From an uncultured Candidatus Binatia bacterium (GTDB taxonomy: Bacteria > Desulfobacterota > Binatia > Bin18), in contig OZ243961.1 of NCBI GenBank assembly GCA_965214605.1, positions 3,904,001 to 3,968,000 of the forward strand: a stretch of DNA of 64,000 nt. Reading direction: 5' to 3'. Below are positions 29,790-38,144 of this stretch, piece after piece; position 1 is the first letter of the stretch, and each line of letters starts with the position of its first letter. Both the position numbers and the translations under genes were made by a program. The notes beneath the pieces are model-generated. The model made no database searches, had not been told where the DNA came from, and saw only the letters and a program-made list of their open reading frames with translations.

Positions 29790-30547
29790 TGTCGGGCCCT
29801 TCGCCGACCTCTTCTACGAGGCGGGGCATCGGCAGGTAATCTGAACATCATTCCGGCCGGTATCCGAATGTCGTCTAGATAGCACATGCGGCCAGAAAGC
29901 TGAGCGTTAATGATGAGCGGGACGGGCGGTAGGTTGAACAGATCATGATAGCCGACCTCGACCGTCGGAGGCAGGTCGAGAGGATTAAGGAATATCTCGA
30001 CCTGCTCGGCCTGAACGTCCTGAGTCGGTGGATCTTGCCATGTCTGAGTGACCTCAAGGCGTATTTTCCCCATAAACTTTCCGAGACGAATGTAGCGAGG
30101 GAGAGAGACAGATTCCCGAGAGAACACATAGCAGCGGAAACGGTTTCCCCGGGAGAGCACGCGGAGTCGTCCTTTCTGGGGGAAGTTGGTAGCTGGAGCA
30201 CGAATGCTGTCAAGACGGACGGCGAGATCGGCAACAATTGCATTGTTTGCCATTTTATACCAGTACGAATCGACCATACCGTTAAAACGCTCAACCTCCA
30301 GCGCGGGTGTTCCCACAGGAGTGCCCGGGGTTACATAGAGACCTTTCTTGTTGAGACCTCCGAGGTCTTCTCGATAGTAAGGGCGGTCCTCTCGGTCTGA
30401 CTGCCGATAGGGCGATAAACAGAACCCCAGCGCATAGGTCAGCGCGTAGTTGCCGAGCACGGGCTCTGTCTGGAACAGTTCATCGATTTCTCGGCTCGCA
30501 AAGAAGACCTTCTCATGCAGGGTGAGATCAAGACGATAGACAAACAT
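29786..30547 (-). CDS. cas5: type I-D Cas5/Csc1
   Basis: LHEKVFFASRE...NYALTYALG...PRYIRLGKFMGK. Confidence 0.92.
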   Translation of the reverse strand: MFVYRLDLTLHEKVFFASREIDELFQTEPVLGNYALTYALGFCLSPYRQSDREDRPYYREDLGGLNKKGLYVTPGTPVGTPALEVERFNGMVDSYWYKMANNAIVADLAVRLDSIRAPATNFPQKGRLRVLSRGNRFRCYVFSRESVSLPRYIRLGKFMGKIRLEVTQTWQDPPTQDVQAEQVEIFLNPLDLPPTVEVGYHDLFNLPPVPLIINAQLSGRMCYLDDIRIPAGMMFRLPADAPPRRRGRRRARQ

Positions 30548-30555
30548 AAGGCTTC

Positions 30556-31536
30556 CTACTGTCTCTTTTTTGTCACGGCTGAAGTAGGATAAGATTCGTC
30601 AAGACGCCGGAGAAAAGCTTCTGGAGCTTCATATGTCTTCTTCACCTCGACCAGAAACTCGTCAAGCCGCGGCCCGCTCATTACCTGATAGTCTCCGATA
30701 GTTTCCGAGAGGAGATTTGTCAGGACGCCGTCCTCTCCGCGAATAGCCGAAACAATCTCAGTCGTTTGTAACGGGTGTTCCTTGTCAGTGAGGCGTTGAT
30801 AGGTTGCCTGAGTCAGCTCTAAGGAGCTGAAGATTTCAGTCCGGGAAAAAACAAGGCCAAGAATACTGTTCTGGACTCTCCCGATACGAGACGAAATGGC
30901 ACCGTAGCGGGAGCTCCGCAAAATGTTTCCGCACGCATAAAGCAGTTCGTCAGCAGTGACATCTTTGAGGACTTCGAGGTCAATGAAATGCGACTCAGGT
31001 TTAACGTACTCGCTTTCGTTGATGCTTGTTGACGGCTCTCCGGTGAGAGGATTACGCATGGTACCATTGTCAAAGAGTGCATTAAAAGTCTTGGTGTCTA
31101 CAATTGAAGGAGCCGGTAGCAAGGAGAAGGCATCTTCGGTCAAAACCCTCGATTTTTGAGCCCCTCCCCCACCAGCCGCAAATCCATAGAGCCAACAGTC
31201 TACACATTGCTCACAGGGATTATTGGTGTTGAGCATACACTCTTCTGTCCCATCTTTGATTTTTTTGAGGAGGCCAAAACTTCGCAACAGTTCTCTGCCC
31301 GTCCGGCGTTCAACAGCGGTTTGTTTGCGCTTGGAAATGACGATTCGGGGAATCACTTCACTGTCATTGAGTCCTGCTCGGACAAACTCACGGTTCAACG
31401 GCTCACCGCTTCCTTCGGTCCGAAAGATGGCCTCGGATTTTGTTTCACGTAGGACAATAAGGTTCACATATCGCCCTTGGGGCAGATTGGAATATTCACT
31501 CAGCAGAAAATCTGGGTACGCGCTCAGTGTATTCAT
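30556..31536 (-). CDS. cas7: type I-D Cas7/Csc2
   Basis: SEAIFRTEG, SKRKQTAVERR, CVDCWLYG, RYGAISSR. Confidence 0.95.
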   Translation of the reverse strand: MNTLSAYPDFLLSEYSNLPQGRYVNLIVLRETKSEAIFRTEGSGEPLNREFVRAGLNDSEVIPRIVISKRKQTAVERRTGRELLRSFGLLKKIKDGTEECMLNTNNPCEQCVDCWLYGFAAGGGGAQKSRVLTEDAFSLLPAPSIVDTKTFNALFDNGTMRNPLTGEPSTSINESEYVKPESHFIDLEVLKDVTADELLYACGNILRSSRYGAISSRIGRVQNSILGLVFSRTEIFSSLELTQATYQRLTDKEHPLQTTEIVSAIRGEDGVLTNLLSETIGDYQVMSGPRLDEFLVEVKKTYEAPEAFLRRLDESYPTSAVTKKRQ

Positions 31537-31554
31537 CTTCTCTCCTTCCGCTTT

Positions 31555-31995
31555 CTACTCGGGGCTTTCAGCGTTTATCGCTTCCTTGGTGTTATTTCTT
31601 TCTTCCCGTTTGTCTTGGAGGGCTGCGTTCAAGTAAAAGAGGTACGCTTCCTTCAGAGATTTTTCGTCACTGAGAAAGCGGGCGAAGCTGTTTCCATAAC
31701 TCTCGCGCAGTAAGTCATAGAATACTGCAACGAAACGGGTAATCTTTTCGTGCTTGGCTGCGCCGGGCTTATACTGAGGATCGGCCAGGCGTTCTATACG
31801 ATCGAAGATAGCCTGACTTGTTGCAGCCTGGACGGCGTCGAGATCGAGCGGTTCTGACTTGCGCCGCAAACGGTCGAAGGCAAGAGTCAGTGGATCAAGT
31901 AAAGAGTTCCGTTTAAAGCTGCTCCCTCGCAAAGTGTGCTCCGCCGCAAGTTTGGCCATGGTCTTCAAACGCGTTGATACGGCCTGTTCTGCCAT
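31555..31995 (-). CDS. cas11d: Cas11d small subunit from an internal in-frame start in cas10d (146 aa)
   Basis: GGAGG-7nt-ATG (MAEQAVSTRL...) inside the cas10d C-terminus. Confidence 0.75.
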   Translation of the reverse strand: MAEQAVSTRLKTMAKLAAEHTLRGSSFKRNSLLDPLTLAFDRLRRKSEPLDLDAVQAATSQAIFDRIERLADPQYKPGAAKHEKITRFVAVFYDLLRESYGNSFARFLSDEKSLKEAYLFYLNAALQDKREERNNTKEAINAESPE

Positions 31996-34377
31996 TGTCT
32001 TTCCTCCGTATGCTAAAATCTCCAGGATTTCGGTCAGGCGAGTCCGTATAGGACTGGCAAGCACTTCAGGCGCAGCAGCTTTACTGCTCCTGAGCTTCCG
32101 TTCAAGAGCTCGCCCTGCCACTGCAAATATTGCAAGCGGGGTGACTCCTAGTGCTTGGGCAAGATCCCAGTCTATGGAATCGAAGCCGCTTCTAACTTCA
32201 CGATCTACAATACGGAGAGCGGTATAACGCTCAAGCAAAGCATCCGTCTGGGAGAAGCTGAGATTTTTCTGGCCAAAGAAGCCCTGCAGGGCGCTTGGTA
32301 TTGTATCAATATAAAATGCGTCAAACTGCTGGGGACCTATAGGTGGAATCGGCGACTCTGATACTATACAACGCAAACCCAGCAGTTTTCCCAAGCGGAG
32401 TCCTATCTCGACGCTCTGCAATATCCGCCTGCCGTCGCGGCTCTCCCTAACTCCTGGACAGATCGACAGAGTAATGGTGTTACCAATGGCTTCGCTCCGT
32501 TTTGGAACAGCGAAGCCCCGAGCCTTCTGTGATAGGAGATGTAGCTCTAAGTTGGTGTCCTGCCTGTCTGCGAGACTGTTTTCGGTTGGTAAGAAGAAAG
32601 TATCGGGGTCAGCTTTTTGAGCCAGCTCTTCCAAGCTGCTACGAAGGGTCTCCATGTACACCGCTGGCAGGCTGCCTCGAGGAAAGAAGTGTAGGTACAT
32701 GCCCTTCGCTCCACCGGAGCGGAACAGCATCTGTTCCAAAAAGAACTGCTCTCTGCAGACAGGACAAATATTACGCTTTGGTTCTCGTTTTACGCCACCC
32801 TCGAGTCGATTTGAGAACTGCTGAACAACGATTCCTTTTGGGACTTCTGCACTCATCCAACTTTCAGCCTGAGCCACAGACGCGGAGTAACAGCATTGTT
32901 TGTGGTTTTGAGCAACATAGGAGGAAAAATAGGCAGCGAGGTCAGAAGCGGGGCGCGGGGCAAAATCCACGTCGAGAATGTGTCCTAAATAGCTCGTCAG
33001 GAAATCCGGGGGGTCGGAGTTGCCTTTCCCCTGCTTCACGTTCAAATTCACATCCAGAAGACGCGAAAGAATATTTTCTACTTCTTGTTCAAGATTTGAG
33101 TAGGCTTTCTTCAGAGTCCCTGCGACAACAAAAGGTCGGTCGTATAATTTGTCGAAAGGCTCAAAGACAGCTCCATCTATCCCGAGCAAGATGTACAAGG
33201 AGGACCACGGATCATCTTCTCCATTAGTGAGAAGGACTGCCTGTTTTGAGAAGTGGGTTTTAATGAGGTTATATAGTGCTCGGAGCAGTTCCCCTGCACG
33301 CATCAGGTCTTCTGTTTGAGGATAGGATATCCTATGTTCGTTGCAATAGATCTCTATATTTATGGAGCTTTTGCGTTGAAGTCGTCCGGCACATTTCTGT
33401 CGCTCCCCTTCAATCTTACGAGGGTCGAACCGACGTCTGAACACTTGCTTGGTGATTTCGGTGACGATTTCAGGAGCGTCTAATCCGAGGCGAAAGAGAC
33501 TTGGGTCTGTTTTTACCCCATCTTTGGTCAAGGAAACGATCTTGGATAAGTCCTGACTTCGTATCTTTCCTAGAGATCTCTGGACAGCCGCACTCACTTT
33601 TTGGTGAAAGACGGAACGGTCAGGAAGGGAGGCCCCAGAAGGAACGAGATACCACGTTCCTTCTGGGTACAGGAGAACGGCGGTCGCAGTGTATTCTTTT
33701 TCAAGCACTTCTCGGGCGCTGTTGTGGATTATGTTTGAGAGGACCCCACGATGTTCTCCAAGGCGGTAGCTGATTAGACGGTACTGCTTCACCCCAACCG
33801 AATTGATCTCCAAAAGAAATTTATCCTTGAATTTTCGCTCCTCGAAACGTTGAGAGAGATCGGAGATATCCACGGCACGCATGAGAAAGGTGAGGGCTTC
33901 GAGATGAGTCTTGCCGATTCGACTGCCTTCAATTTCTGCCAGCAGGCGTTCCCCTGCAACAGTCGTGTGGCCTCCATGACCCAGGATGAGTTGTTTCAGG
34001 TCTGCAAAGACCTCTTGCCACTCGGGCAGGAATTCTGCCACGCCTGAATCACGAATCACTTGTTCGAGGAAGGCTCGATCATCAACCAACTTGCGTAAAC
34101 TCTTCCCTCCTGGCTCGTATAGTTTGTTCAGATCATGAATGCTAAAGGCAGCCATGAGGAGGCGGATGTCTTCGTCAGAATACTGGAAGAGAGAACCCAA
34201 CGAATGGAGCAAAAGAGACCCTCGGATTAGGTGAGAGTAAAGATCATGCCCTTGTCGTATGCCCGTTTGAGCGGAGGCACGGTACTTTTGCAACTTGCCT
34301 TTCGCAACTGTTTTAAGGTAACGATCAACGATGGACTCTTGCTTATTACTAAGAATCAAGAGAATTTCGTCTGCCAT
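31555..34377 (-). CDS. cas10d: type I-D large subunit Cas10d with N-terminal HD nuclease
   Basis: SH...HDLNK HD motif, QQFSNRL, CPVC; position upstream of csc2. Confidence 0.93.
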   Translation of the reverse strand: MADEILLILSNKQESIVDRYLKTVAKGKLQKYRASAQTGIRQGHDLYSHLIRGSLLLHSLGSLFQYSDEDIRLLMAAFSIHDLNKLYEPGGKSLRKLVDDRAFLEQVIRDSGVAEFLPEWQEVFADLKQLILGHGGHTTVAGERLLAEIEGSRIGKTHLEALTFLMRAVDISDLSQRFEERKFKDKFLLEINSVGVKQYRLISYRLGEHRGVLSNIIHNSAREVLEKEYTATAVLLYPEGTWYLVPSGASLPDRSVFHQKVSAAVQRSLGKIRSQDLSKIVSLTKDGVKTDPSLFRLGLDAPEIVTEITKQVFRRRFDPRKIEGERQKCAGRLQRKSSINIEIYCNEHRISYPQTEDLMRAGELLRALYNLIKTHFSKQAVLLTNGEDDPWSSLYILLGIDGAVFEPFDKLYDRPFVVAGTLKKAYSNLEQEVENILSRLLDVNLNVKQGKGNSDPPDFLTSYLGHILDVDFAPRPASDLAAYFSSYVAQNHKQCCYSASVAQAESWMSAEVPKGIVVQQFSNRLEGGVKREPKRNICPVCREQFFLEQMLFRSGGAKGMYLHFFPRGSLPAVYMETLRSSLEELAQKADPDTFFLPTENSLADRQDTNLELHLLSQKARGFAVPKRSEAIGNTITLSICPGVRESRDGRRILQSVEIGLRLGKLLGLRCIVSESPIPPIGPQQFDAFYIDTIPSALQGFFGQKNLSFSQTDALLERYTALRIVDREVRSGFDSIDWDLAQALGVTPLAIFAVAGRALERKLRSSKAAAPEVLASPIRTRLTEILEILAYGGKTMAEQAVSTRLKTMAKLAAEHTLRGSSFKRNSLLDPLTLAFDRLRRKSEPLDLDAVQAATSQAIFDRIERLADPQYKPGAAKHEKITRFVAVFYDLLRESYGNSFARFLSDEKSLKEAYLFYLNAALQDKREERNNTKEAINAESPE

Positions 34378-34527
34378 GGTTGTCTCCTTGCGGTAAAAAG
34401 AGAGATTGGGTAGTAAAGATTATGAATTGTTGTTCAGTTCTTGAGATTCTTGGTCAAATTCTTGTTCCTGACGATCAATGAGGTCCCGCAGTGAAGAGGC
34501 CTTTTTGCTTTCTCTTTTCGGCTTTCG

Positions 34528-34552
34528 TCATCTCATCCCTCATGACCCCTTA
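34528..34552 (-). other. SD (TAAGGGGT) plus ATG-AGA-TGA minigene, candidate CreT-like RNA
   Basis: Minus strand reads TAAGGGGT-catgaggg-ATG AGA TGA, immediately downstream of the crRNA-like target. Confidence 0.4.
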
Positions 34553-34558
34553 AAAGAT

Positions 34559-34583
34559 GTTACAGAGGTCACAACTTTCCTGA
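34559..34583 (+). promoter_or_regulatory. GTT PAM plus partial protospacer for the crRNA-like element
   Basis: GTT-ACAGAGGTcacaaCTTTCCTgA; overlaps a minus-strand TAACAT -10-like box (34557-34562). Confidence 0.65.
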
Positions 34584-34631
34584 AAGAGAGTCAATAGGAT
34601 AAAAAAATCTGGCTGGTGTCAATATAGTAGG

Positions 34632-34712
34632 GAAGGCCCGCTCAACAAAGTCTGTAAGACATTGAAATACAGAGGTTTTTTCTTTCCTAATTTCTCCGTA
34701 GGAGCTTGATTC
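34632..34712 (+). ncRNA. crRNA-like regulatory RNA (CreR/CreA-like)
   Basis: CAAA-GTCT-GTA-AGAC-ATTGAAAT, 25-nt guide, then CTCC-GTA-GGAG-CTTGATTC; TATAGT -10-like box at 34623-34628. Confidence 0.72.
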
Positions 34713-34741
34713 TCAAGGCAGCTGTGAGCATGCGTCTCTTG

Positions 34742-35722
34742 TTATCCTGGCTCTTGGGTTGGTTGCGAATCGGCATACACTTCCGCCAACCGCTCCGCCG
34801 TCTGTCCTAATTCCTGCCGCAAACTCTCCGGCTCCAAAACTTCTGCCTCAGCTCCCCACTGCAACACCCACCAGCCGACTTCGCGGGGTTCGCTGACCTC
34901 GACCTCAAACAGCAGACTGCCGTCTTGCTCTTCGGTAAGTTCCTGTGAATGGTGCCAGCAGGCTTCACGGATGAACGGTGCAATACGTTTAGCAAAACGT
35001 ACTCGGACCCGTTGAACCGTGTCCCCTACAAACACACTGAAGGCGTGTCGATGCCGCCGGGCAAAGTTATATGCAGGGCGGCGGGTGAAGTGTACCGGCA
35101 GCTGCTGGACCTCGGAAATGCGGTTGACCCGAAAGACCGAGTCCCTTCCGACTTTGGGACTGTAGGCATCAAGATACAGCGCTCGGCGTTTGAAGTAGAC
35201 CTGGTACGGATTGATCGTATGGGTCTTGGCCGTCTCGTCGCTCGGACGGGTATAGACAATCGTCACCTGTCGGCAAGCCTGGACCGCTCGGGTGAGTTCC
35301 TCCAGAATATCTCGTCGGCAGCCAAAGCCCTCCCGAAGCACCACTTCGTTCAAGCATGTGTTGAGGATTTCCCGCTGCCCGCCCTGAGCGTTGACAATCA
35401 TCTTTTTGATTGCTTCCAGAGCGTCATAGGTCAGAACGAAATCGCCCGCTGCCGAGAGCTGACGGACCGCCATGGTCAAGGCCAACATCTCGGTCATGGT
35501 CAGGTCGTAGACAGGGAGGTAGGGCTCTTTATGGATGACAAAGCGGTTTTGTTGCCGAGAGTAGGAGTAGATAAATCCTATTTTTTTGAGGGCTTCCTTG
35601 TCGCGGTAGTACTGGGCTTTTCCTATGCCGAGTGAATTCCACAGGTTCTCCGGCGATTGGTAAGGGTCGGTTTTGACCTTGGTTGCGTGCAGCAATAAAC
35701 GGCTGGATTTGTTTGTATCCAT
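34742..35722 (-). CDS. wHTH-WYL-WCX transcriptional regulator
   Basis: YYRDKEAL HTH, INPY...LYLDAY...FRVNRI WYL core, WVLQWGAEAEVLEPESLR WCX. Confidence 0.93.
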   Translation of the reverse strand: MDTNKSSRLLLHATKVKTDPYQSPENLWNSLGIGKAQYYRDKEALKKIGFIYSYSRQQNRFVIHKEPYLPVYDLTMTEMLALTMAVRQLSAAGDFVLTYDALEAIKKMIVNAQGGQREILNTCLNEVVLREGFGCRRDILEELTRAVQACRQVTIVYTRPSDETAKTHTINPYQVYFKRRALYLDAYSPKVGRDSVFRVNRISEVQQLPVHFTRRPAYNFARRHRHAFSVFVGDTVQRVRVRFAKRIAPFIREACWHHSQELTEEQDGSLLFEVEVSEPREVGWWVLQWGAEAEVLEPESLRQELGQTAERLAEVYADSQPTQEPG

Positions 35723-35730
35723 CGCCTGAC

Positions 35731-35819
35731 ATGCTAGGCAGAGTGGGAAACTCAGTCAATTAGAAAAAAGGAATCCTGATAAGGAAAATTACGCTCAGTC
35801 TCAACCTGGAGAGACTGAG
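35731..35819 (-). promoter_or_regulatory. WYL promoter (probably leaderless) with upstream palindrome
   Basis: TTGACT-17-TAGCAT ending 8 nt before ATG; CTCAGTCTC-N8-GAGACTGAG at 35794-35819. Confidence 0.75.
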
Positions 35820-35853
35820 TCTCGAAAAAAAGAGACGGGGGCGAGGGCATGGA

Positions 35854-36030
35854 GCGAATTTTTCCGTCGGTCTCAAAGCGGTTGATGCTCTGCGGCTGGC
35901 GTCGACCGTAGCCAGAGCAGTCGCCTCTTTCTGTACTTGTGATTCTCGCTTCTTGAAACGAGCCGGGGAGATGGATACGAAACGTGCAAAAGTCATGTCC
36001 CCTTATAGAGCTCGTTGTGGAGTTGCATAA
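35854..36030 (+). pseudogene. C-terminal remnant of a PIN-domain protein
   Basis: Manual translation GLKAVDALRLAST...FCTCDSRFLKRA...KVMSP, then apparent frameshift to ELVVEL. Confidence 0.55.
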
Positions 36031-36213
36031 CGAAGGTCGAGTTCAAGCTTCCGAGTGAAACTACTTGGAAAGCACTTGCTTTGCCCTCAAAAGAGATGGG
36101 GATTTTGGATACCGTGGCTCGTCCCCTCTCCCTCCAGGAGAGAGACGGAACAAAAGACGTGTGGGGCGGAGCTTGCCAAGCGGACAGACAGGAGAGAACT
36201 GGCAGGGCTACAA

Positions 36214-37047
36214 CTAATCCTTAATCCCCAAGAACCGGTCAATCAACTGCTGCGCTAGGGCGGCTCCGGGTAGGGCGATGCCCACATCATGCCCCAGTTC
36301 TAAGGCTAGGCGTAGGTCTTTATGCATCAGCTGCACCAAGGCGTCCTGGCCGCTGGTATAGGTGTCTTTGAAGCTGCGTTGGGCCAGCCAGTTGTCGGCC
36401 ACGCGGCTTTGCCCGGCACCGGCTTTGACAACTTCTTGGAAGACGTTCGGATCAAGACCGGCGGTTTCGGCCAGCTTTATGCCCTCAGAGGCGGATAACA
36501 TGTTGACGTAGACAATCAAATTATGGGCCAGTTTGGCCACAGCACCCATGCCGAGATCGCCCAAATGAAAAATATTTGCTCCCGAGGTTTCAAACACGGG
36601 GCGACATTTTTCAAACGCGGCCTTATCGCCGCCGACCATATAGCAGAGGGTCTGGGCTTGGGCGCCGCGTTCGCCACCGCTGACCTCGGCATCGATCACG
36701 CTCACCCCGCGGGCCTGGGCCAATTCGGCGACCTTGCGGATCGTGCGGGGATGCACGGTGCTGTGAATCGCAATTACACTACCGGACTGGGCGCCGCTCA
36801 GCACGCCGCCCTCTTCGAGGGTCACGGCTTCGACCTGAGCGTCGTCTACCACAACGAGTTCAATAATCTCGCCGTGGGCGCCGATTTCATGGGCTGAACG
36901 CGCCCTTTTGGCCCCGGCCCTGGCTAGCTCGGACAAGGGTTCTTCGCGCAGATCGTAGACCATCAGGTCGAAACCGGCCTTGGCGACGTTGAGCGCCATG
37001 GGTTTGCCGATATTACCAAGACCAATAAAACCAACACGGGTGGTCAT
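36214..37047 (-). CDS. NAD(P)-dependent 3-hydroxyisobutyrate dehydrogenase family
   Basis: GFIGLGNIG, DAEVSGG, KLAHN, KDL. Confidence 0.9.
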   Translation of the reverse strand: MTTRVGFIGLGNIGKPMALNVAKAGFDLMVYDLREEPLSELARAGAKRARSAHEIGAHGEIIELVVVDDAQVEAVTLEEGGVLSGAQSGSVIAIHSTVHPRTIRKVAELAQARGVSVIDAEVSGGERGAQAQTLCYMVGGDKAAFEKCRPVFETSGANIFHLGDLGMGAVAKLAHNLIVYVNMLSASEGIKLAETAGLDPNVFQEVVKAGAGQSRVADNWLAQRSFKDTYTSGQDALVQLMHKDLRLALELGHDVGIALPGAALAQQLIDRFLGIKD

Positions 37048-37059
37048 ATGGGTGCTCCT

Positions 37060-38085
37060 CTAGGGGATATGAAAGGTGGTGACGTACTCGTTCTCAAATC
37101 CTTTGAGTTCTAAGCGCTGGTCCAAGGGGTGGAACCGTTCGGCCAGGGCCGGTGTTTCGTGTGTGAGTCGTGCAAGCGCGGCCTGGGTGGCAATAATCCC
37201 GCCAGGCGGGATGTGTTTGAGCAGCCGCGAAGCCAGATTAATACTCGGACCAATTAGGGCGACCGAGCGACGCATAGCAACGCCGATCACGCCAATGATA
37301 ATGTCTCCCAGATTAAGGCTGATGCGGGCCTGGAGAGCTGCCTGGCCGTTCTCGGGCCGAGTCTCTGAGAGGGCTTTGCGGATGGCGAGGGCAGCCTGCA
37401 CGGCCTCGGTCACCGATTCAAAATAGAGCAGCGCCCCGTCGCCCTCGTAGTCTTTGACGTCGCCGCAATACTCCAAGGCAATCTCGGTCACCATAGCCAT
37501 AAAACCTTGGACTAAATCCAGAGCGTGTTCAGGTGGCTGATTGACAATCGTGGAGGTAGAATTGGCAATGTCAACAAAAACAACGGTGAGTTCTTTTCTG
37601 ATCGGCGCGTTGCTCTGGGACAGATAACTCTGAGCCAAACCGGGTAGAAAAGTATGGGCATGACTTGGCGTCTGTACGGCAGACAGTGGCCCGGAAAGGG
37701 CGGCGCTGTGAGGGGGAGAGGTCTGATCCTGATTCAGTGAGACGGTCGGATAGCCGGCCTCTTGCCAGGCTGTGAGGCCGCCCGTCAGAGTAACAACCGA
37801 CCGAAATCCTTCGGCTTGTAACCAGAGCGCCACCCGGGCGCTACTCGCCTCCTCGGGTCAGGTTCAATACAGCGCAATCAGCCCATCCCGGGGCAAGGTA
37901 TGCGCCTGCTGTACGATTTCGGCTATGGGCAGCCAACGCGTATTCGGCAGCTGGACGGGCAAGAACAGGCGCGCATCTGTGGTCCGCACGTCAATCGGAA
38001 CAACCGTCTCTCCGCCAGTCATACGGGCGTACAGCTCCTGGGGACTGATCTGCTGAACATCTGGTGTGTTGGTTTGTATTGCCAT
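37060..38085 (-). CDS. rhodanese - class III nucleotide cyclase fusion with two in-frame UGA (putative selenocysteines), 341 aa
   Basis: ALY-TGA-ACC-TGA-PEEASSAR joins ORFs 37864-38085 and 37060-37833 in one frame; FVDIANST, GDG, NLASRL. Confidence 0.75.
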
Positions 38086-38144
38086 CGGACATTTCTCCCT
38101 GCCAGCCCAGTCTTATCTCTTCCTGGAGGTGTGGCAAGCACAGT

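Noticed and set aside
15430-36200. CRISPR-associated transposon (I-D CAST) given the detached mini-array
   Set aside because: No tnsA/B/C, tniQ, integrase or tRNA seen; Cas3', the HD motif and the adaptation genes are intact.
37864-38085. Stand-alone 73-aa gene or pseudogene call
   Set aside because: Both stops are TGA at conserved Cys positions with in-frame continuation and a SECIS-like hairpin.
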